Part shown: positions 39,373-51,718 of the stretch, one piece after another
How positions within the stretch are numbered: the first letter of the stretch is position 1
How the letters are laid out: each line of letters begins with the position of its first letter
Origin: Octopus sinensis
Taxonomy: Eukaryota
Length of the DNA stretch: 64,000 bases
Reading direction: 5' to 3'
NCBI RefSeq assembly: GCF_006345805.1
Contig: NC_042997.1
Coordinates: 123,504,001-123,568,000 of the forward strand
Program-made: the position numbers and the translations under genes
Notes under the pieces: generated by a model
What the model was told of the DNA's origin: nothing
The model's database searches: none
What the model saw: only the letters and a program-made list of their open reading frames with translations

Positions 39373-40419
39373 TACTTAAACATTCTTCATAGAAAACAAT
39401 TCTATAGCTATGAATTTATTTAATATCATTTGTTGATGCCAGTGGTTTCGCCTTCATAGAGTAATTGAATGATTGAAGCATAATTAATGTAATGGGTGTC
39501 TGAGTATGATATGGGAACTGTGCTTGGAAACAATGAAACAGTTGTTGAAGGTAACGGTAGGTAACCTACGATTCGTAGCTTTGAATTAGAATACTGATTG
39601 TAACCACATTGTACACACTGATACTTTAACCTTTGTGCTTATGTTTACTTTTACAAACTCGAGTGTGCAGACTGGAGAATCCGATGATTGCTTTCTTTTA
39701 GCTCATAGTCAACTTTTATCACAATGTTGGCATCTGAGGAAAATATGAAACAGAGCAAGCTTAACTGGCGAGGTCATCAATCTGTTTCGTACAATTCGTG
39801 AGGTAGACCAGGTTCTAATTTTCCTGATTTGAGGGACGGTAGAAAACTGTAAGTTTCAAGACTACTTCCCAGTGTGGAAAAGATGGATAAGCTGTTAATG
39901 CGCAGGGTGCTCGATACAGAAATAGGCGGATATGATGGAAGGAGTGAAAACTCAAAGAATTTTACTCGATTCACTAGATCTAATAAAAATTTATGAAACA
40001 CAAACAAAAATCATAATATTCTTCACTTCTCTAGAAACAAATCTAGTCTGAATGGATCAAAAATTCATTGCTTATTTCAATAGAGGAACGTGCCATAACC
40101 ATATTGAACGATATATCAATAACATCTACAATATATAGGCTAAATATCCCGCTTTTGATTTCCTGACAATACACGGCATAATGAGGATGTCTTACAATAG
40201 GTCTAATAAAATATACTGTGAGACAATACAAATTATCGAAGCTCCTCTGCATACATACAGCCATAAAACTTGAATACCCACCTCATTCTAGCTGTACTTA
40301 TAAATCATTATATTATTGTTTTAAAACCGGCATTGTTCTCACTTTTATAGAATTCCTTGCTAATTGCTTTGCTCAATAGAAATATGTTCATTACAGTTGA
40401 GAGGGATGGATATTCATAT

Positions 40420-41900
<1,481 letters not shown>

Positions 41901-42324
41901 AAGATAAGAATTAGAAAGATTGATGATTTATGGATGTATGAGTCAGATGAAAAACTGGGATCGATGAAATTTACTTCAGTTTCCTCTCCTTATTAATTAC
42001 TTCACGGATCTTAATAAACTTTACTGAAACGTTTCTCATCATGTTACAGTTTTCTATGAATCACTGATTACTAGTATTGATTATATCAACATCATGCTCG
42101 TCATTATAAATGCTCCTCCTCCCCCTCCCCGTCTCCTCCTTCATATTGTCATTAATAATGTCTCTTCTTCACCTCATATTCACCTTCCTCCTCCTCCTCC
42201 TCCTCCTGTTATCTTTTTGTTCTTTTTCTTCAACATTATTAACATTATCATTAGCAGCACAGCATCAGCAATACAATATACAGGAGCAACAGTAAGTAAC
42301 CTCACTGTTATTATTTCTGTGATG

Positions 42325-42366
<42 letters not shown>

Positions 42367-42392
42367 GTAACAACAACTACAACAACAATAAT

Positions 42393-42451
<59 letters not shown>

Positions 42452-42563
42452 TAATGATAATAATAATAATAATAATAATAATCATCATCATCGATAGCAT
42501 GATGATGATAATCGTCATCAGTGCCACCGTCACCGTCATCACGGCTACCATCCTACTTATCTG

Positions 42564-43118
42564 TGTTGGGTTGTCTGGAAAGTTCGTGCCGATATTTTAA
42601 GGAAAGAAAAAAGTCAATAAATACTTGCCAGTATATTTTTAATCAACCAAATATTGCAAAATGCGTCTCTATCTTTCCTTTACCTCGAAAAGACCCTCAT
42701 CCCAGTATTGAGGTGGTTTCATGGCAAATAATTCATCAAGGTATCTTTTTACGTCATGCAAGGAATTGACATTTTTACCATTAAGGCTATTCTGCAGAGA
42801 TCTGAATAAGTGGAAATCCGAAGGAGCAATATCTGGTGAATATGGAGGGTAGGGTAACACATCCCAGCCGAGCTGCAGCAATTTTTGTCTGGTTCTCAAG
42901 GCATCAAGTGCCGAAAAGAACTTTCTTATCGTCCATTTTAAAGGGTTGCAGAATTGACACGTTATAGGAACATAAATCTTCTTCCAGGTAAAGATAGCTT
43001 AAACTGTGCTCTAAATGGAAGTGTAGTCAAATCCTATTATATGCTCTCAACAATGTTCTAAAATAAATCGAAAGTTAAGCTAATATAAATCGGAAAGAAC
43101 TTACCGGACAACCCAATA
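42564..43118 (-). mobile_element. Internally deleted mariner (~555 bp) with both TIRs
   Basis: TIR TTGGGTTGTC(T/C)GG(A/T)AAGTTC at both ends. Start codon at 42936 (MDDKKV) fused after about 10 codons to the C-terminus RQKLLQLGWDVLPYPPYSPDIAPSDFHLF. Confidence 0.9.
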
Positions 43119-43871
43119 TTTCATGGATTAGTCAAAAGAAATATGGCAGGCGTGAAGTTTAAGTCATCGCCTCCATGTTTCATAAAGTCTAAAAGAGGAT
43201 TTCCCTCACGTCCCATGAAGCTAACCAAACCAGAGATATATTCTAAATCCTAACGAAAAAAAGTAATTTTTTCTAAAAGCAAGAACGATGCAGCCAGTGT
43301 AGGGATACAAGGTAATAGTTTAATTGTTCTTTGTAGTATTCCGATATGGAATTGCTAAGAAAAATCTCTTCAAGCAATAACTTCTGAATTCAAATGGCAG
43401 TGGTTTTGAATTTGCCATTCATTCTTTCGAGGCTTAAAAAAAACGAAACATCAATTGAACACTGATGCATCTTACCTTAAAACTGCTGGCTTTGTGAACA
43501 AGGTTTTAAACATGGATTTTAGTTGTTTTGTTTATTATTAGAATTAGTTTTTCAGACTTAATTTTTCACAGTCATTATCATGAAAAGATTTGTCGCCACT
43601 TCGTATTCATGGTGTTGTTTTTGAAATTGTTTGATTCATGTCTAGGGAGACCAGCCGATGGTGTAGGTTTTATCACGTAGTATATACACATAATATATAA
43701 CAATCGCATTAAACGCATTTTGACCAGAAACATACTCATAAATGTACATATCTTTGAACCAGTCTACCAGAATGCAGATACCAGAAACCGTTATAGATAT
43801 ATTTCGTATAATCAGTTCTGTTTTCTCGATCGAAATTAATATAAAGTTATTATAAATAGGCTATATCCATT

Positions 43872-43920
<49 letters not shown>

Positions 43921-43972
43921 GTATATGAATTGGCTCTTTCTCTTTCTTTCTTTTTCTCCCTCTCTCACTTTC

Positions 43973-44013
<41 letters not shown>

Positions 44014-44182
44014 AAAGGGCTTAGTAAAATAAATTACTTTGCCGCATACTGAACTCGTTAGAAATAGCAGCTAAAAAAACTTTCTAACACTTAAAGAAAA
44101 CCTCTCTCATATAGTTTTTGCTCAATTCAACTCAAGAAAGTATGAGGGTAGAGACATTAAAAAATCAAATGCAAAGGTTATT

Positions 44183-44235
44183 TGAGTACGTACGTTTCAA
44201 GATTAGCCAAAATCGACCCTTCTATCATCAGCTCA
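44183..44235 (-). ncRNA. Type I hammerhead ribozyme, unit 1 (G10.1 to U variant)
   Basis: Minus strand UGAG CUGAUGA UAGAAGGGUCGAUUUUGGCUAAUCUU GAAA CGUACG UA CUCA; the first stem II base differs from the other units. Confidence 0.7.
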
Positions 44236-44727
44236 GAATGCCCTTGTTTGAATTTGAAAACACTGAAAATGGGAGCATACCCTTTCGGCTTGTTATCGCT
44301 TCTGAAGATCTGCTCCAAACTAACAGTGCAACAAACTCAAATATGCAAGAGAAAAATTTCTGCTCTCCCCTTTCCACCAGCGTGGGTTAAAATCAGCAAA
44401 CACTATGCTTTTTTCGGTAAAATCCGAGACAATTAAGTAGAGAGAGATGAATTATAATTTCAACAATTGAGGGTAAAATTAATTATTAATTAATCAATTT
44501 CACCAAGTATTCAGTATGCAAGGGACCATTTAGGCAAATTCAAATTATTACATTATATAAAAGGGCTTAGTAAAATAAATTACTTTGCCGCATACTGAAC
44601 TCGTTAGAAATAGCAGCTAAAAAAACTATTTCTAACACTTAAAGAAAACCTCTCATATAGTGTTTGCTCAATTCAACTCAAGAAGTATGAGGGTAGAGAC
44701 ATTAAAAAATCAAATGCAAAGGTTATT

Positions 44728-44780
44728 TGAGTACGTACGTTTCAAGATTAGCCAAAATCGACCCTTCTCTCATCAGCTCA
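44728..44780 (-). ncRNA. Type I hammerhead ribozyme, unit 2
   Basis: UGAG/CUCA stem I; intact core CUGAUGA and GAAA; stem II GAGA/UCUU plus GGUC/GGCU; palindromic stem III ACGUACGU; GUA triplet with predicted cut between 44732 and 44731. Confidence 0.85.
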
Positions 44781-45272
44781 GAATGCCCTTGTTTGAATTT
44801 GAAAACACTGAAAATGGGAGCATACCCTTTCGGCTTGTTATCGCTTCTGAAGATCTGCTCCAAACTAACAGTGCCAACAAACTCAAATATGCAAGAGAAA
44901 AATTTCTGCTCTCCCCTTTCCACCAGCGTGGGTTAAAATCAGCAAACACTATGCTTTTTTCGGTAAAATCCGAGACAATTAAGGAGAGAGATGAATTATA
45001 ATTTCAACAATTGAGGGTAAAATTAATTAATTAATTAATCAATTTCACCAAGTATTCAGTATGCAAAGGGACCATTTAAGGCAAATTCAAATTATACATA
45101 TAAAAGGGCTTAGTAAAATAAATTACTTTGCCGCATACTGAACTCGTTAGAAATAGCAGCTAAAAAAACTATTTCTAACACTTAAAGAAAACCTCTCTCA
45201 TATAGTGTTTGCTCAATTCAACTCAAGAAAGTATGAGGGTAGAGACATTAAAAAATCAAATGCAAGGTTATT

Positions 45273-45325
45273 TGAGTACGTACGTTTCAAGATTAGCCAA
45301 AATCGACCCTTCTCTCATCAGCTCA
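45273..45325 (-). ncRNA. Type I hammerhead ribozyme, unit 3
   Basis: Same sequence as the unit 2 ribozyme; predicted cut between 45277 and 45276. Confidence 0.85.
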
Positions 45326-45819
45326 GAATGCCCTTGTTTGAATTTGAAAACACTGAAAATGGGAGCATACCTTTCGGCTTGTTATCGCTTCTGAAGATCT
45401 GCTCCAAACAACAGTGCCAACAAACTCAAATATGCAAGAGAAAAATTTCTGCTCCTCCCTTTCCACCAGCGGGGTTAAATCAGCAAACACTATGCTTTTT
45501 TCGGTAAAATCCGAGACAATTAAGTAGAGAGAGATGAATTATAATTTCAACAATTGAGGGTAAAATTAATTAATTAATTAATCAATTCACCAAGTATTCA
45601 GTATGCAAAGGGACCATTTAAGGCAAATTCAAATTATTACATTATATAAAAGGGCTTAGTAAATATAAATTACTTTGCCGCATACTGAACTCGTTAGAAA
45701 TAGCAGCTAAAAAAATATTTCTAACACTTAAAGAAAACCTCTCTCATATAGTGTTTGCTCAATTCAACTCAAGAAAGTATGAGGGTAGAGACATTAAAAA
45801 ATCAAATGCAAAGGTTATC

Positions 45820-45872
45820 TGAGTACGTACGTTTCAAGATTAGCCAAAATCGACCCTTCTCTCATCAGCTCA
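45820..45872 (-). ncRNA. Type I hammerhead ribozyme, unit 4 (stem I extended to UCUGAG/CUCAGA)
   Basis: Intact core; the T to C change at 45819 gives a 6-bp perfect stem I; predicted cut between 45824 and 45823. Confidence 0.85.
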
Positions 45873-46230
45873 GAATGCCCTTGTTTGAATTTGAAAACAC
45901 TGAAAATGGGAGCATACCCTTTCGGCTTGTTATCGCTTCTGAAGATCTGCTCCAAACTAACAGTGCCAACAAACTCAAATATGCAAGAGAAAAATTTCTG
46001 CTCTCCTTTCCACCAGCGTGGGTTAAAATCAGCAAACACTATGCTTTTTTCGGTAAAATCCGAGACAATTAAGTAGAGAGAGATGAATTATAATTTCAAC
46101 AATTGAGGGTAAAATTAATTAATTAATTAATCAATTTCACCAAGTATTCAGTATGCAAAGGGACCATTTAAGGCAAATTCAAATTATTACATTATATTGT
46201 TGAAATTATATATATATATATATATATTGA

Positions 46231-46352
46231 TACAGAGAAAGTGAGAGAGGGAGAAAGAGAAAGAAAGAGAGAGAGCCAATTCAAATGAACGAACAATAGA
46301 ATTACCAATAACAGACAATACGTAAATATGAAATGTATTACTTTGGCGCTCA
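46231..46352 (+). repeat. Local duplicate of 47740-47861; its first ~53 bp also occur inverted at 43926-43979
   Basis: TACAGAGAAAGTGAGAGAGGGAGAAAGAG..GCCAATTCAAATGA..TACTTTGGCGCTCA is present twice; the reverse complement lies immediately left of the array. Confidence 0.9.
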
Positions 46353-46619
46353 GTAAAATGAGAGAAGTTTTTTTGTGTCGAGGATAGCTCTTCGTTGGAA
46401 AGGAGAAAGGGAAAAATTCCAACGGGAAAAGAAATTGCCTACAGTACATGTGTAGTTACGTTTATATATATAAAAATACTTGCTTTGGTGAATGGGGGCG
46501 TTTACACTTGCAAGGAATATATACCAACATATGCAGTGAGCGTGTATGAGGGCATACGCATGCGAATAAGGATTGTATATGTAACTTATCTGATATATAC
46601 ATCTTCACATATATATTTT

Positions 46620-47480
46620 CTCAGACTACTAAACATTTCCTTAATTCTTCATATCTTTGCCTCACAATTATAAGCTACTACTACACATTGGTCTTTCCTC
46701 TAGCTCTTAACCTCCTTCAATTCCTCTATCATTTACACTATAATACCTTTCTCTCTCTATCCCCACTCCTACTTTCAAATTATCTCCACTGACCACTGAA
46801 TGATCTCTATCTAAATTTTTCATTTTTCTTTTTTCTTTATTCCCTTTATTCATATCTTCAAGGTTTTTATTCTTTATTCTTTATTTTTTATTATTTTGTT
46901 ATTTTTACTAATCGCTCTCCTTTCTCTTTCATTCTTTCTTTCTCTCCTCTTTTTTCTCTCCCTTTCTTTATTTTATTCCTCTCTTCCTGTTTTCAATTTA
47001 ACCATACTAATACACTCCCTATTTCTAGGTCATTTTAAATACAAAACTTGACCCTGCAACACTATATATAAATTCCCAACTGAGTATGACCAAGTTTAAA
47101 AATCTGCTGGATCTCACTCATATGGGAATCTTACATTGCTTATAAACTCTATATTTGGAAGGACTCATATTAAACTCTGTTGGACTTTTGGATTCTACTC
47201 AAAGGATATTGGAATATTGCATATATACCACTATGCCTATTAAACGGACTTACAACTTCAATACCCATACGTATCTTATACCTATTATCTTTCCTCCACC
47301 TCACTCTCTGTTTTGCATCCCATCGAAACTAACTATGACTTATTTTTTCCTCTCACACCGTCTCCGCTGAAGGGATATTATTAATTAATATCCTAGAAAC
47401 AGCTGTAAGACCTTCTATCTATAAATGTTCTAATATCTATACAGCCTTGTTTTTTTTATCTTATTACGAAAAAAATCTTA
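46620..47480 (+). mobile_element. Non-coding pyrimidine-rich repeat ending in a decayed minimal hammerhead (Penelope pLTR-like)
   Basis: 47360-47411: GTCT CCGCTGA AGGGATATT-loop-AATATCCTA GAAA CAGCTG TA AGAC. The left boundary is a guess. Confidence 0.5.
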
Positions 47481-47616
47481 TATACACACGCTGACATACA
47501 ACCAACGTTGAACCGTTTATTCGCAATATTACCGAATCTGGAACTTAACTATGGTCTGTCTATAACATTTATTCAGCATTACCTGACACCTTTGGGTCTA
47601 AATGACACCACTATCT

Positions 47617-47661
<45 letters not shown>

Positions 47662-49889
47662 TATATATATTGGTATATATTAATATAAAGTTAATATAAA
47701 TAGGCTATATCCATTCATATATATATACACACACATATATACAGAGAAAGTGAGAGAGGGAGAAAGAGAAAGAAAGAGAGAGAGCCAATTCAAATGAGCG
47801 AACACTAGAATTACCAATAACAGACAAGACGTAAATATGAAATGTATTACTTTGGCGCTCATATATGGGGAGAATGGGACATCCAAATATGTCTCAATCT
47901 GAGTTTGAGTGTATCTGTATGTCTATTCATAGACATATTTTTTCCGTCACCCCCCAGTGGGTGGCGTATTGCTTTTTGGTAATTCTTTGGGTTTTTCTTT
48001 TAACTTGGAATACAAATACATTTTGAAGTTACTTTGTCGTTTAATCCAGTCGGCATAGATAAATGGGTTATATATCTGTCTGTCTTTGATATACCCAGAG
48101 AAAAACATATTTGTGTAGGGACAAGGAGGGTAGGAATTCAACTTCGTATACAGATTCCTGATACACACAGTCCTCTCTCAAGTTGCAGAACGAAGAGAAG
48201 AAAATTCATCTATTTACGTATAAAATGAGGCTGAAATCTTAAAAAATTGTCTGTACCAAAGGGAGTATATTTGATTTCAATTATAAATTTAATTATTATC
48301 ATCATCTCGATAACGACGCATTATTCTGGAATAAATTCAATTGCTACATAAATGTGCTTTGGAAGGAAAAAACACTATTAAAGTACGTAAGAACTATAGA
48401 TTTATTGAGTGATAAAATGTATGTCACTGAAAAGTAAGACGGAAAAAATAGCACTAATTCATCATAATTAGTTTAATAATGACTGTAACATTTTAATACG
48501 TGCAGTATGGAAATATTTATTAACTTTCACCGTCTCATTAGAAATCAAAAATTGACTTAGCAGATTACATTGTACAATAGGAATAATAATAATTTCCAAT
48601 CGTTGTGGCAAATTAATCTTCAAATTCCTTTATAATTCGAAGATTCAAACAGCAATTAATTGTTTTATGTATTATTTACTATTCCAGGAATTTTTCTGCA
48701 ACAAAGTATATTTAATAATGATGTATATCACTGGCAACTGTATATTAATAAGTATGTTACTGGGAAAGGTTTTAGAAAAGTATTCTTTTTAAAATGTGTT
48801 AATTACAACAGCTTAACCAATCAAGTATAATTGAAGGCTAATACACGCAATTTGATTTTACAGAGAGAACATCTTTCCTACGGGAATGAACCTGCGTCAT
48901 AAAATGTGATTGTGCCCAGAGCTAAATAGTGTTAATTCGTCAAATTTCTGTAGTTGCAGATCATGTCTCTTCCATTTAAGATTTCCTTTTATAACACAAA
49001 TATAACATTAGCTTTCACATGTAAAAATTCTTAATTACATTGCATGCTCTCCGTTAATTTTACTTCAATCTGTAGTTGTAAATATGTATAACGTGTTCAT
49101 ATACCAGTGCATGCGTTTGTTTATATGCATGCGTTCACAAACACACACACACACACGCGCACACACACACACACTCACACACATACACACAAGCACACAC
49201 ATGCATGTGGTAAGTTTAGCTGTGCTGCAGATAACTCCATCTGAAATCGTAACAGTGACATATTTGAGAAACAGCTGTAGGCATTTAAATCACATCTTGA
49301 AATTTTTCATATTCCCCCTTACATGCAACCATACACACGCTTATATAAGGAAGTTTAAACCTTTTCAATAGTACAGGCGCTACATTATCTCCCTTACATT
49401 CCTGTTACTACATCATTCCTCAAAAATATGCAAGCCATTATCAATATAAATGAATAAGTGAACATTTTCTTGCTTCGTATAGATACGCATAGTGACCGAA
49501 TTATTGAAACAAACATACATTATTACATATTCTGCAATTAATATGTTGTAATGATATTTTATAGTATTAGTGTTAAATGCTGTGAAATCACATCTATGAC
49601 CAAGTCGCTGATATTAAACTTCTTCGTAAAAGTTATACAGCTTTCACATACAAAATGGTTGCAGCACTTTAAAAATCCAAAGGAATGCTACATATCTTTT
49701 TTAGTAATTCAGTATGAATTAGTACGAGAAGCATTATATCTTGGTCCATTTAAATAAGTAGTGCTTAGCATGCTGCTGTTATTCACATGTGAAAAAATTC
49801 TATATACGTAGCATGTTTTAATAATGAATTTGCACCAAAATCTCAGGAATTCTTCAAATATATAATTATACCACATAACTGACAAATTA

Positions 49890-50041
49890 CGTGTGTTGGT
49901 GGTAATTAGCTTGCTTACCAACCACATGGTCCTATGTTTGTGGCACCTTGATCAGGTGTCTTCTACTATAATCTCAGGCCGACCAAAGCCTTGGGACTGG
50001 ATTTGGTAATTTGGTAGATAGAAACTGAAAGAAGACCGTCG

Positions 50042-50085
<44 letters not shown>

Positions 50086-50240
50086 TGTATATGCTTGTGT
50101 GTCTGTGTTTGTCGCCCCCCCCCCACATTGCTTGACAACCTATGCTGGTGTGTTTACGTCCCCGTAGCCTAGCGGTTCGGCAAAATAGCCCGATTGAATC
50201 AGTACTACCCCAACAAAACATAAGTCATGGGGGTCGATTT
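49890..50240 (+). mobile_element. SINE family B with internal (TA)n
   Basis: TAGCTTGCTTACCAACCACATGG..GTGTCTTCTACTA..GAAACTGAAAGAAG..TAAGTCATGGGGGTCGATTT. Confidence 0.85.
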
Positions 50241-50608
50241 TATTTTCGGCGCTTGATGTTTGGGAACTAGACAAACATTGCTGTAGCTCAGCTGGGATGT
50301 GTTATCTCACCCTCCATATTCACCAGATATTGCTCTTTCGGATTTCCACTTATCCAGGTCTCTTTAGAATAGCCTTAATGGTAAAAATTTCAATTCCTTG
50401 GATGACGTAAAAAGATACCTTGATGAATTCTTTGCCATGAAACCACCTCAATTCTGGGAAGAGGATATTTTGAAGTTAAAGGAAAGATAGAGACGCATTG
50501 TGCCACAAAATGGCTCATATTTGGTTGATTAAAAATGAAATGGCAAGTATTTATTGATCTTTTTCTTTCCTTTAAAAATCGCCACGAACTTTCCGGACAA
50601 CCCAATAT
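50241..50608 (+). mobile_element. Second copy of the deleted mariner; 5' TIR missing, 3' TIR present
   Basis: TTTTCGGCGCTTGATGTTTGGGAACTAGACAAAC..YSPDIA-coding region..CACGAACTTTCCGGACAACCCAATA. Confidence 0.88.
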
Positions 50609-51590
50609 ATATGTATAAAATAGTTCGAGGAGATACTCCGATCCAATAACTCTCCAACATCAAGTACCTCTGATGATTTACAGGGGAATGAACAGAATCA
50701 TATAATCTAAAATAAAGCAAAATACTATCGTTTGACCTATAGTATTTCGAGAATTTCATAGCAATAAATGAGACCATATTTCCTTGTTACGAAACATATC
50801 AACTTCATAAATTGATATATAAGACCATTATATCTGCAACACCAGCACATACCATTATTTTTCCATTTCAGATTTACGATAAAAATAAACATTGAACAAC
50901 TGCATGGAGCTCTATTTTAACGAACAAATTCTATAGCAGAAGGCAGCCTGCAATTTTGCTGGTTCCATCTGTGACACAGCACTGGCTTTTAGGCATCTTT
51001 ATTTTGTATCTTTTCCAGCAGGTGATGAACTATGAGTGCTCTTGCAAATACATAAGCAACACAGTTATATAGGATAATGGTGTTGCTATTGCTGAATAAC
51101 TGAATGCATTATTCACAGAGCAAACTGAACGGATAATCCGTCATCGTGCCTGACACATGCGGAAGTGGTAAATGACAGGGTGCTCAATCCCATAAATAAA
51201 ATAATAACTATAATCAACACAGTATACTGAGCCGTGTTTATAGTATTCGTCACTGCACAATGAAATACGTCATGGTACGAAAGCTAGTACATTTTCACCT
51301 GTATTCCTCCTGTCATTGACTGATGACAAGACCAGCAAATTAGACAACAGCCTCTGCTGTCAAAAGATGAAGTAAACATCCTGATACTTGAAACCAAAAC
51401 AAACAAAAACACTGTAATCAAATCCATTACATTTTCAACAAACTATTAATTACTTTGCTGCACGTTATATATATAAATAATCTAACAACGAATTTCGCAC
51501 AATATATTTGTGCGAAATATACACGTAAGGTATGCAAACAAAAATCCCGATCAGACGCTCACTTAAACAACAATGTGTTTGCATACATAC

Positions 51591-51718
<128 letters not shown>

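Larger units (their letters stand above)
44006..46197 (-). repeat. Tandem array of four ~545-bp units, each with a type I hammerhead ribozyme on the minus strand (retrozyme-like or ribozyme satellite)
   Basis: Units start at 44013, 44559, 45102 and 45648. ATTATAT is present at both outer ends and at junctions 1/2 and 3/4 (variant at 2/3). Hammerhead spacing is 545, 545 and 547 bp. Confidence 0.95.

Noticed and set aside
44006-46197. CRISPR array, Helitron or MITE interpretation of the 545-bp tandem repeat
   Set aside because: Units are near-identical along their full length with no unique spacers. There are no 5' TC / 3' CTRR Helitron ends and no TIRs. The GGTAAAATT..AATTTCACC hairpin lies ~55 bp from the unit end, too far for a Helitron terminator.
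47947-48228. Short overlapping ORFs after the duplicated B-C segment
   Set aside because: No transposase or other motif recognised.
51320-51326. CTGATGA hammerhead-core match
   Set aside because: No GAAAN..UH segment at a suitable distance.
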